Source: an uncultured Chloroflexia bacterium
GTDB taxonomy: Bacteria > Chloroflexota > Dehalococcoidia > DSTF01 > JALHUB01
Length of the DNA stretch: 64,000 bases
NCBI GenBank assembly: GCA_963726245.1
Contig: CAVSBT010000039.1
Span: 19,840 to 83,839 of the forward strand
Reading direction: 5' to 3'
Translations under genes and position numbers: made by a program
In this document: positions 41,575-51,111 of the stretch, one piece after another
Numbering within the stretch: the first letter of the stretch is position 1
How the letters are laid out: each line of letters opens with the position of its first letter
The notes under the pieces: generated by a model
The model's database searches: none
What the model saw: the letters and a program-made list of their open reading frames with translations, nothing else
Told to the model about the DNA's origin: nothing

Positions 41575-42831
41575 TCACAACCGCCGGATCTTCTGCGAGG
41601 CGATGCCTGTGACGGCGGCCAGCATCAGCCCCGTGGCGGCGAAAACGGCCACCGTGTGCGGCACCCCGAACCCCTGAGCGGCCGCGCCCATGGTCAGGCT
41701 GCCGAAGGGGGTAAGGCCCGCGGCCATGCTGAAGAGCGCCATCCCCCGTCCCTGAAAGGCGTCGTCCAGGTTGAGCTGGAGGAGCGTCTGGTTGAGGGTC
41801 ACGAACAGCGCCCAGCCGACTCCGCCCACCACGAGTATCGCGAACGAGAGGCCGAAGAGCCGCGAGAAGGAGAAGGTGACCACCATCCCCATGTAGAGGA
41901 GCGCCGCCAGCGCCATCGTCTTCCCTCGGCGGCCCGAGCCGTGCATGCTCGCCGCCACCAGGCCGCCGGGGATCGCCCCGAAGCCGACACCGGTCAGCAG
42001 GAGCCCATAGCCCGCCGAACCCGAATGAAGCAGGTCCTTGGCGAAGACGGGCATCATGGCCACGTAAGGGTAGATGAGAACGTTCGCGACGACGTTCATC
42101 AGCACCAGCCGCGAGAGCACCTCGTCGCGGCGGACGTAGTCGAAGCCTTCCCGAATGCCACGCAGCACCGGCACGCGAACAGGCTCGATGTGGGTCATGG
42201 GGCGCAACATCAGCGTGACGACGACGGCCAGCCAGTAGAACGCTGCCTGCCCAAAGAAGGCGGGCGCCAGTCCGACGGTGCCGATGATCAGGCCGGCCAG
42301 GCTCGGCGCGGCAATGCGAGACACGTTGCCCGTCACCGAGCTGAGGGCGATAGCGCTGGGCAGGTGCTCCGAGCCCACCACGTCGTAGATCAGCACCTGG
42401 CGGGCCGGGATGTTGACGGCCGCGCTCGCGCCCACGACAACGGCCATGATGTAAAGGTGCCAGATCTGCACCCAGCCGCCGCCCACCAGGATTCCCACCG
42501 CCAGCGACACCGCGCCGGGCACCGCCTGCGAGAACGCGGCCATCCGGCGCCGGTCTAGCCGGTCCACCACCACGCCCGCCGCGGGCGAGAATACAAGCGT
42601 GCTGATGCCCCGGATGAAGGCGACGAGGCCCAGTTGAAAAGCGGAATTGGTGAGCTGGAAGACCAGCCATCCCCGCGCCACCTCCTCCATCCAGGTGCCG
42701 AGCTGGCTGGCGGAGGTGCCGGCGAGCAGGAAGCGGAACTGGCCCAGCGCCAGAGGGGAGAACGCGGGCCCCCGCACCAAACGGTGAGGCAAGGCGGCGC
42801 GGCCGGCGGCCGCCTCTTCGAGTTCGTCCAT
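41575..42831 (-). CDS. MFS transporter
   Basis: About 12 TM; GVVVDRLDRRR motif A. Confidence 0.9.
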   Translation of the reverse strand: MDELEEAAAGRAALPHRLVRGPAFSPLALGQFRFLLAGTSASQLGTWMEEVARGWLVFQLTNSAFQLGLVAFIRGISTLVFSPAAGVVVDRLDRRRMAAFSQAVPGAVSLAVGILVGGGWVQIWHLYIMAVVVGASAAVNIPARQVLIYDVVGSEHLPSAIALSSVTGNVSRIAAPSLAGLIIGTVGLAPAFFGQAAFYWLAVVVTLMLRPMTHIEPVRVPVLRGIREGFDYVRRDEVLSRLVLMNVVANVLIYPYVAMMPVFAKDLLHSGSAGYGLLLTGVGFGAIPGGLVAASMHGSGRRGKTMALAALLYMGMVVTFSFSRLFGLSFAILVVGGVGWALFVTLNQTLLQLNLDDAFQGRGMALFSMAAGLTPFGSLTMGAAAQGFGVPHTVAVFAATGLMLAAVTGIASQKIRRL

Positions 42832-43005
42832 CCGTCCTTGCGCTCCGCGGGTGGAAGGCGAGGAGACGCCGTGGGGCAAGCCGCTCACGGCCACCGAGGG
42901 CTTATGCGCTATTCTAGCCGCTGCGCGCAGGCAGCGGAAGGCCGGCGGGCCGGTAGCCAGGACGCGGTGTATAATGGCGGCGGCGCGAGGGATAACCGCT
43001 AACCA

Positions 43006-43041
43006 CCCGTAGGGACAGAGCTAAAGCTCTGTCTCTACGGG
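43006..43041. repeat. GTAG-type REP-like palindrome
   Basis: CCCGTAGGGACAGAGC-TAAA-GCTCTGTCTCTACGGG. Confidence 0.65.
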
Positions 43042-43090
43042 ATGACCCACTCGCCGCCTTGTGAAGAAGCAACCCAACGGAGGCTCAACT

Positions 43091-44327
43091 ATGTCCAACG
43101 TCCCACTAACGCCAGACCAGCAGAAGCTCCGAGATGAGGCGGCGGCCTTCGTCCGCGACGACGTGCCCCGCCAGCTCATCCTCGACATGGACGCCGAGAA
43201 GGTCACCTATCCCCGCGAGTTCCTGGAGGCCGCCGCCAAGCGCCGCTTGCTCGGCCTCCGCTTCCCCAAGGAGTACGGCGGCCGCGGCCTCGGCTGGTCC
43301 GAGGAGGTCGTCGCCCTGGAGGAGGTCGGCGTGCTGGGCGGCTCCCTGCCCTGCCTCTACTCCCTGGTCAGCATCGTCGGCGAGGCGCTGAACGTCTTCG
43401 GCACGCCCGAGCAGAAGGAGCGCTGGCTGCGCCCCGCCCTCGAGGCGAAGATGACGGTGGCCGAGGCTCTCACCGAGCCCCGCGGCGGCTCCGACTTCTT
43501 CGGCGCGACGACAACCGCCCGCCGCGACGGCGACTCCTACATCCTCAACGGCCAGAAGCGCTTCATCGTCGGCGCCGAGGGGGCCGACTTCTTCTTCGTC
43601 TACGCCAAGAGCAACCCTGACGCCCCCTCGCACGAGTCGCTCAGCGCCTTCATCGTCGAGCGCGGCCCCGGCGTCGACGTGCAGCACGTCTACGGCCTCA
43701 TGGGCACCCGCGGCGGCGGCACCGGCCGCGTCTACTTCCGCGACGTCCGCGTGCCAAAGGAGAACCTCATCGGCCGCGAGCACGGCGCCGCCGACATCTT
43801 CTACCAGATGATGATCCCGGAGCGCATGACCACCGCCTCCGGCTCCCTGGGGGCGGCGCGCAGCGCCCTGGAGATCGCCGCCCGCTACAGCAACCAGCGC
43901 AAGGCCTTCGGCAAGAAGATCCGCGCCTTCGAGGGCGTCAGCTTCCGGGTGGCCGATAGCATCACGCTCCTCGACGCCGCCCGCGCCCTCGTGCACACCA
44001 CCGCCCGCGCCATCGACGCGCGGCGACGAGGCCGGGCGGGTGCGACGCCTCGTGTCGGAGTGCAAGAAGTTCTCCACCGAGTCGGGCTGGCAGATCATCA
44101 ACCACGCCATGCAGGTCATGGGCGGCATCGCCTACACCCGCGTCTACCCCATCGAGCGGATTCTGCGCGACGCGCGCCTGAGCCTCATCTGGACGGGCAG
44201 CAGCGAGATCATGAACCTGATCATCCAGCACGAGTACTACACCGAGCTGGCGGCCAGCCGCTACGGTCGCGACGTGGAAGCCGACGCCCAGAACGCCGAG
44301 GAGCCCGGCGAGAAGGTCTACGAGTAG
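43091..44327 (+). CDS. Acyl-CoA dehydrogenase (apparent frameshift near 44020)
   Basis: [23 protein letters not shown]; then [20 protein letters not shown]. Confidence 0.9.
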
Positions 44328-45195
44328 GCTAGGGAAGGGTCTAGGGACCGGCGGAGGCCGACGCCTCGGCCGGGTAGAGGACGCAGTTTGCTCCCGGACG
44401 ACGGGTCGGGGCCTATCTCGGTCATGGTTCTTGTCACGGCTTCTTGCGTCCCCAGCTTGTCGACGGCCAGGTGCTGGAGCAAGCGCTCCGTCGCCGCGTC
44501 CGTGTGGTCGCCGGAGACGGACCCGTCCCAACCTATGACCGCTTTCGCGCCCTTGTCGACGAAGGCCTTGGCGATGGCGTCGGACCGGAGCGCGTCGCAG
44601 CCCATGAGGATCACCGTCGCCCCGTCGAACCCGCCTTCGACATCGGACTCGATGAACGACGGGGGCACCCCGAAGTACTTCTCTCCCCCGTCGTAGTAGA
44701 AGGCGGGGCCCAGGCGCCCCGCCTTCTGATCACTGATGTACTTGGTCTCTACGAACGGCTCCGTGGTAAAGAGGACGGCGACGTCGCTCAGCTCCTTGGT
44801 GACGCGGTCGCGCAGGCGCGCCGAGTGGCTCCTCAAGACGATGATGTCGTAGTCGTGGCCGCCCAGCTTGCGGTAGAAGTCAACAGTGACCCTTTCGCCG
44901 GGCGTGTAGCGGACGTCGTATCCGGCCCCTTCCAGCAGAGTGCCCGCCTCCTTGAGGAAGTCCGGGGCGGGCATGGTCTGGTCTAGCTGGTCGACGATGA
45001 GCGCTCTCGGTGGTGATGCGGGCGACGGCGCCAGGAGCACGAAGCCAATGACCGCCGCCGCGACGATGACAACGGCCATCGTCGCCAGCAGGGCAAGGTC
45101 TTCAGGCTACGCCCGCCCGCGCGCGGGGTGACCCGCCTCGCCCTCCAGGAGGCGCCGGCTCTTGAGCAGCCGTTTCGCTGCGTGGCTTTGCCCAC
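44318..45195 (-). CDS. Membrane-anchored protein with possible caspase/CHAT-like His-Cys dyad (ends uncertain)
   Basis: N-terminal TM; [29 protein letters not shown]. Confidence 0.6.
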
Positions 45196-45410
45196 TTTCG
45201 GCGGCGACTCACCGGCTCTTCCGACGCAACAAGCTGCGCCTAACAGAGCCATTATACCCGCTCTCGCAGAGCATGGCGCACAGACAAGAATACCATCTGC
45301 CCGCAGGCCGCGAGGCAGGCCCAGCGGTCTTTGAGGCAGGGGGCTCCGCCCTGGGTGCGACGAAGCCCCCTGCCGGCGTTTCTACATCAGACCTCCGCTA
45401 GGGAGGCGTC

Positions 45411-46353
45411 TCAGCTCTTCGTGAAGCGCCTCCTGGCGTACCAGCCGCCGCCGGCGATAACGAGGGCCGCGGCCGCCAGGCCGCCCGCCAGCGCAGCGTA
45501 AGCCCCGGCCGACCAGCCGGAGCCGCCGGTGGTCGCAGCCAGCGCTCCTCAGAGGCGCCGGCGCCCGGCGCAAGGTCCGCCATGCCGCCGACCGATCCGC
45601 TTCGAAGGCGGGAGTACGCAGAGCGTATGGCCGGGCCGAACGACCACGCCGCGTCTCGACCCCGAACTACGGTCTGTCAGATTGACCGTTGCGCGCCGGG
45701 CGAGAGGGTCGGCAATGTTGTAGCACTTGAGAGGCGGTCAGCGACTCCGCTCGCTGTCCCACCGGGCAGCCCGTCATGCCGGCCGGCATGCACAGGCGCG
45801 CCGGCGTCCCAACGGCTACGCCCTGGCTCGTCCCGAACTGCGTCGTAGCCAAGGCCACGGGCGTTACACCTCGAGCTGATCCGGTGATACTCGTAACAGT
45901 CTGTAGTACTGGCCGTCGCCGGCGGCCCTGGAGGCGGTGACGTCTTGAGCGCGGGCACGCACAGCTCTTGGCGCTCGCCAACCACCACCGTTCCTCGGCG
46001 CCAAACTGGGTACGCCAGGTTGACGCTACGGGGCGCGCGGGAGATGGCTTGTCACACTGTAGCACTTGAGGTGCGCCGCAACCGGGATTGTCGGGTCGTT
46101 CTTGCCGGCCGGCAAGCACAGCTTCGTAGGCGGGGCCAACCGGCACGTTGTTGTCAACCCCGAATTGCGTCTCGAGCTTGACCAGCACCGACGGGACCGG
46201 AGGGTTCCCGTGAATGCGTAGCACTCGTAGTGCGGCTCTGCCGGCTGTGCGGCGGCGGGCCTCGCGCCGCCCTGCCCCAAGGCAAGCACAACGACAGCCA
46301 CCGCCAGCCCAACCAAGAACAGTCCACCCAGTGGGGTCCGTAGGAGTCCTCAT
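45411..46353 (-). CDS. Exported repeat protein with C-terminal TM-basic tail (multiple apparent frameshifts)
   Basis: Signal peptide; about four repeats HxxCY..LxTQFG..LC(L/V/M)PA spread over three frames; ends ALAGGLAAAALVIAGGGWYARRRFTKS*. Confidence 0.65.
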
Positions 46354-46692
46354 GAGAATGACACCCCCTTTTCGTACAATCGCGGCGGGCCCCGCATCCG
46401 GGCGGAGCCCCACCGTCATCGCTTATCGCGGCAGAGCGTGGCCAGCAGCGGTCGCTTTGGAAAGACGTATGACCGGCCCCACAAGGCCGGTCATCATCGC
46501 CCTCCCCGGTGACAGCCCACTGCGGCAGCCCGCTTCTGCCTTCGGGCCATCACTGTCTTCACGGGCGCGCAAGCCGCGCCCGCCACGAGCCTTTCCCTGC
46601 CGACGTTGAGGAGACATCCGTGTTCCCCAGGAACGCCAAATAGCCAGGCGGGGTAAACCCTGGATGAGAGGTGCTGTGCCACCAGCACGGAC

Positions 46693-46721
46693 TATTTACA
46701 TCGCTTCCTGGCGCTTGTCAA
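46693..46721 (-). promoter_or_regulatory. Putative sigma70 promoter about 340 nt upstream of the repeat-protein gene
   Basis: TTGACA-N17-TAAATA. Confidence 0.5.
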
Positions 46722-46876
46722 GCCCTTTTGGAAGGAAACTTCTCGGCAAGGCCGTGGTCGGCTTCGCCTTGCCTGACCTGGCGATGGTCTGCGCTGCGAC
46801 GTGCAGGGGAGCTTATGTCACGTAGGCGGCAGAACGGGGTACTCTCGGGGTTATTTCGGAGGGGGGCTTGCGCCGG

Positions 46877-48121
46877 CTAGGTCAGCACGCCGTCGCGGAC
46901 CAGCGCCTCGATCTCCGCTTCGGGCATGCCCAGGAGCTGGCCAAAAACGTAGCTGTTGTGCTCACCCAGGCAGGGCGACGGCCCGCGGACGGCGGCCGGC
47001 GTGTCGGAGAGGCGCCAGGGCGGCCCCAGCGACAGACGGGAGCCTATGAGTGGGTGTTCGACGGAACTGAAGGAGTCCCTGGCCTGCAGGTGGGGATCCT
47101 GGGCCAGCGTGGCGCCGTCGAGCACCGGCATGGCGGCGACGCCCGCCCTCTGCAGCGTGTCCGCCGCTTCCTCGGGCGTATGGCCGCTGGTCCAGGCCAA
47201 GATGATCTCGTCGAGCTCTTCCTGGTGGTGCCAGCGACTCACGACGTCAGCGAAACGGGGGTCTATCTCCAGGCCGTCCTCGCCCAGCACGCCGCAGAGA
47301 GCGTGCCACTCCTCGTCGGAGCCCACGGCGATGGTCACCCATCGCTGGTCTCCTTCGCCGCGGATCGAGCCCCCTTCGCCGGGTAGGCAAGGGTAGCAGT
47401 TGTGCGGCGCCATGGCGTGGTCGCGATTGCCGTCGTGGCCGGGCGCCCGGCCGTTCATGGCGTACTCCATGAAGGCGCTGCCGATGAGGGCGCTCACCGC
47501 CTCCGTCGAGGATAGGTCGATGAACTGCCCTTCGCCGGTGCTCCGGCGGTGATAGAGCGCGGCCAGCACCGCCAGGGCGCAGGTAGTACCCACCCGCAGG
47601 TCCACCGCACCGCTGAGGGGGCTGGGCGGGCCGTCCCGGTGGCCGGTGATGGAGGAGAGGCCGCCGAGGGCGGCGAAGGTGGGCGCGTAGCCCGCGTAGG
47701 TTCGCTCCGGCCCCGTGTTTCCGACGGCGGAGGAGCAGAGCATGATGATGTCCGGCTTCACGGCCCGCATGTCTTCGTAGCCCAGGCCAAGTCGTTCGAG
47801 CGTTCCCGGCCGCATGTTCGCCGTCACCACATCGCAGACGCCGGCCACTCGACGGGCGATCTCCACCGCCCGTGGCTCCCTGAGGTTCAGGGTGATGCCG
47901 AGCTTACCGGCGTTGAGATCCATGAAGATGCTGGAGTGGTCAGGGCTCGTCAGCACGGGGCCGGTCATCAGAGAGCGCAGTCGCGTGTGGTCGAGGCGTT
48001 GTTGGCTCTCGACTTTGATCACCTCCGCTCCCAGCAGAGACAGCAGGAGGGTCCCGTGGGGGCCCGCCCAGGCCCAGGTGAAGTCCAGAATGCGGGTCCC
48101 CGCCAGGGGTCCTTCTTTCAC
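46877..48121 (-). CDS. Class III CoA-transferase (CaiB/BaiF), Asp-containing subunit
   Basis: ILDFTWAWAGP, NAGK, NMRPG, GAVDL, PCLGEHN. Confidence 0.92.
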   Translation of the reverse strand: MKEGPLAGTRILDFTWAWAGPHGTLLLSLLGAEVIKVESQQRLDHTRLRSLMTGPVLTSPDHSSIFMDLNAGKLGITLNLREPRAVEIARRVAGVCDVVTANMRPGTLERLGLGYEDMRAVKPDIIMLCSSAVGNTGPERTYAGYAPTFAALGGLSSITGHRDGPPSPLSGAVDLRVGTTCALAVLAALYHRRSTGEGQFIDLSSTEAVSALIGSAFMEYAMNGRAPGHDGNRDHAMAPHNCYPCLPGEGGSIRGEGDQRWVTIAVGSDEEWHALCGVLGEDGLEIDPRFADVVSRWHHQEELDEIILAWTSGHTPEEAADTLQRAGVAAMPVLDGATLAQDPHLQARDSFSSVEHPLIGSRLSLGPPWRLSDTPAAVRGPSPCLGEHNSYVFGQLLGMPEAEIEALVRDGVLT

Positions 48122-48133
48122 GCCTATTCTCCT

Positions 48134-49333
48134 CTAGATCACGCCCGCAGCGGAGAGGCGGACCAGGTCCCGCCGCGAGTAGCCCAGCCGCCCGCAGTAG
48201 ACCTCCTCGTTGTGCTCGCCGAGGAGAGGCGCCGGCCGTTCCGCCCGCCAGGGCGTCTCCGAGAACCCATAAGCGGCGGTTGGATACTCCATTCGACCGG
48301 CCTCCGGGTGCTCAATCTCGGCGAAAAAGCCGCGCTGGCGGGCCTGCTCCCAGGCCATCACGTCGGCGACGGAGCGCACCGGACCCACGGGCACTCCCGC
48401 CTCCTGAGCGCGACGGTATAGCTCCTCGGCGCTCTGGCCAGCCGCCCACTCCTCGACGTGGGGCTGGATCTCGTCGCGATACCGTGAACGGTTGATCTCG
48501 TCGCTGCACTTCTCTTCCTGGGACCAGGGTGGGCTGCCCATCAGCTTCACCAGCCCTTTCCACTGGCTGTCCAGGGCGGCGGTGATGATCAAATAGCCGT
48601 CTCGGCAGTGCACCAGGCCGCCGACCATGCCCGGGCGTCGCAAGGGCGCTGGGTTATTGGCGAAGCGGGTGATCTCGACCCTCTCCAGGGCGACCAGAGC
48701 CTCCAGCTTGGAGACCTCGACATGCTGGCCGCGGCCGGTCTGCGAGCGACCCAACACCGCAGCCAGGGTCGCCACCGCCGCCGACAGGCCGGCATCGTAT
48801 TCGCCGATGTAGGCGCCTCCTACCGCCGGTCCTCTCGCCGCCTCCCGCCGGTCTTGATAGATGAACGACGCGTGGCCGCTACCCTGGTAGAGGTTGAGGT
48901 GATAGGCCCGCCGGTCGCGGTAGGGGCCTGACAATCCAAAGGGGGTGATGGAGGTGACAACGAGCTCTGGGTACACCTGCGCCAGCGTCTCGCAGCCCAG
49001 GCCGAGGGTCTCGGCGTGGCCCGCCGGCAGGTCCTCGACCAGGATGTCGGCGTCTCGCAGCAGCTCACGCATGAGACGCTGGCCGCTGGCCGTGGCCACG
49101 TTCGAGGTGACGCCCAGCTTGTTAGTGTTGAGATAGAGGAAGAGGCCGCTACGCTCCCGGTGAGGGATGTCCTGGGGAAAGGGGCCAGCTCCTCGAGCCG
49201 GGTCGCCCCGAGCTGGCGCCTCCACCTTCACCACCTCGGCCCCCAGGTCGGCCAGGAGCTTGGTGCAGTAGGGGCCGGGGATCATCCCACACAGCTCGAC
49301 GACCCGCAGGCCTGCCAGCGCCGTTTTGGCCAT
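48134..49333 (-). CDS. Class III CoA-transferase (CaiB/BaiF), partner subunit
   Basis: GPYCTKLLADLGAEV, LNTNK, SITPFG, APLLGEHN. Confidence 0.9.
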   Translation of the reverse strand: MAKTALAGLRVVELCGMIPGPYCTKLLADLGAEVVKVEAPARGDPARGAGPFPQDIPHRERSGLFLYLNTNKLGVTSNVATASGQRLMRELLRDADILVEDLPAGHAETLGLGCETLAQVYPELVVTSITPFGLSGPYRDRRAYHLNLYQGSGHASFIYQDRREAARGPAVGGAYIGEYDAGLSAAVATLAAVLGRSQTGRGQHVEVSKLEALVALERVEITRFANNPAPLRRPGMVGGLVHCRDGYLIITAALDSQWKGLVKLMGSPPWSQEEKCSDEINRSRYRDEIQPHVEEWAAGQSAEELYRRAQEAGVPVGPVRSVADVMAWEQARQRGFFAEIEHPEAGRMEYPTAAYGFSETPWRAERPAPLLGEHNEEVYCGRLGYSRRDLVRLSAAGVI

Positions 49334-49623
49334 AGCTGTACGTCTTCGATGCCCCCCCGGTTCGGCTCCACACCATGCTAGGGAAGGCCGGCGCAGGGAG
49401 CAAGGGCCTTCCGTCCCGATATGGCGAGCGCAGCGCGGGCCGGAAGGCCCGCACACGGCTGGAAGACGGCACAGGGACGCTGCAGCCACGTGTTGATGTC
49501 GCCGATTATCCCGTTGCGGGTAACCCACACTTGACGCCGTCTCCCGATCATCCGAAGATGCTTACCGAGCGCGGAATCAAGCCGTCATTTCGCCCGCCCG
49601 AGAAGGGACGCTAAGAGCAGGTA

Positions 49624-50805
49624 ATGGTGCGCTGGTTCCTTTTCTTCTCCCTGGTAGTCCTCGCGGCCACGTTTCACCCTCTGCCCTCGGCCCCGGTCTC
49701 CGCCGAGCCCCTGGTAGCATCCCAGATTGCCGTATCGACCCAGAAGTGTGGGGTCGCCTCGCCGGGGAGCGTGAGCGCCGCCCTCTCCTGGACTCCGACG
49801 CGACGCGGCCAGCAATGGCTGGACATCAGCCTCTTCAACAACGGATTCGCCCCCGGCACCTTCGTCGGCGTCGGGCCGTTCCCGCCCGGGACCAATGCCT
49901 TCGTCTGGAGCGGTCTGCGGCCGGACTCCACGCACTTCCTGCGCATCAACACTCGCAGCCCCTTCGGTTGGGAGCCCAGCCAGACCGTCGCCTTCGCCAC
50001 CCAGCCCTGCGGCGGCGACCCGGCGGGGTCACAGCCCAACGAAGAACTCCTGGGCTTGCGAGAAAGCCTGAGGGCGGAGATCGAAGCCTCCGGCATCAAT
50101 GCCGCCGTGGCCGTCACCGACCTCCAGACCGGCGAGTCCATCGACGTGAGCGGCGACGAGCCGCGGCTGCCAGGATGCACCATCAACTTCTTCGTCCTTC
50201 TCTCCGTGGTCATGGACCTCCAGCAAGGCCTCTACGGCGAGGACGAGGTGGGCGACCTCATCGCCCGCACGGTGTGGAGCAGCAACCCCGTCACCGCGCA
50301 CGACCTCCTGTACAAGACGGGGATGGGCGACCTTGGGGCAGGCCTGGCGAGAATAGGTCAGCTTCTCGACCTGCTGGGCCTCTCGGTGTCGACCTACGAC
50401 CATCCACCTGCCTACCCGGAGGAGTCGCTGCAGGGAAGCGCCAACCTTCTGACGGCGAACGAGATGAACCGCGCCCTAACCGCCCTCTACGAGGCGACGA
50501 TAGTTGAGCCGGCCTGGCGCGATTACCTGTTGGAGAAGATGACCGGTGTCAAGCCTGGGCTCCAGTACCTCATCCCGGCGGGCGTGGGCGACGGCGTGGT
50601 GTCCCACAAGAACGGCTTCTTCGCCGACGCTTCGGGCTGGGTCGACAACGACGCCGGCATCGTCGTCTTCGACCGCGGCGGCAACCGCTACGCCTACGCC
50701 GTCTCCTTCTTCACCGAGAACGTGTCCTCCAAGTACGCGGACATACCCCTTGGCCAGACCGTCTCGCGGCTCGTCTGGCAGTACTTCAGCAGCCGGTACT
50801 ACTAG
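49624..50805 (+). CDS. Exported class A beta-lactamase-fold protein with non-canonical active site and N-terminal beta-rich domain
   Basis: Signal peptide; AVTDLQTGE..PGCTIN, SSNP, LTANEM, VSHKNG..VDNDAGIV. Confidence 0.8.
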   Translation: MVRWFLFFSLVVLAATFHPLPSAPVSAEPLVASQIAVSTQKCGVASPGSVSAALSWTPTRRGQQWLDISLFNNGFAPGTFVGVGPFPPGTNAFVWSGLRPDSTHFLRINTRSPFGWEPSQTVAFATQPCGGDPAGSQPNEELLGLRESLRAEIEASGINAAVAVTDLQTGESIDVSGDEPRLPGCTINFFVLLSVVMDLQQGLYGEDEVGDLIARTVWSSNPVTAHDLLYKTGMGDLGAGLARIGQLLDLLGLSVSTYDHPPAYPEESLQGSANLLTANEMNRALTALYEATIVEPAWRDYLLEKMTGVKPGLQYLIPAGVGDGVVSHKNGFFADASGWVDNDAGIVVFDRGGNRYAYAVSFFTENVSSKYADIPLGQTVSRLVWQYFSSRYY

Positions 50806-50882
50806 AGGGGATGGCCGCCCTGGGCGACTTCCCAGAGCCCGCGCTTGCGTGCCGCTGTACCATGCTGTCCGGCTCCGGTGGG

Positions 50883-51040
50883 TGATATACTGGATATCGA
50901 GACCGCGTTGACACGAGGGCCGTCACGGGGCGAGCGAGGCGGCCCCGCCCGCGAGAGCGGTCACCCCCTTGCCAGGACCCCCGTGACGGCCTCATAAACA
51001 TTATCGGCGTGCCTCCGCAACGGCCTTAGAGGCATTACTT
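50883..51040 (+). ncRNA. Candidate structured RNA/leader with its own extended -10 promoter
   Basis: TG-A-TATACT at 50883-50891; 13-bp perfect stem 50918-50930/50979-50991; GCGA tetraloop. Confidence 0.45.
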
Positions 51041-51111
51041 CACAGCCTCGGCGCTCTGCTTGTCTATACCCATCAGTGCCTGATAGCCTGTCTCGTTGAA
51101 GGGGGCCGTGC

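Noticed and set aside
50915-50993. T-box or FMN riboswitch
   Set aside because: AGCGAG and GCCCGCGAG fragments are present, but the T-box antiterminator sequence and the remaining FMN core are missing
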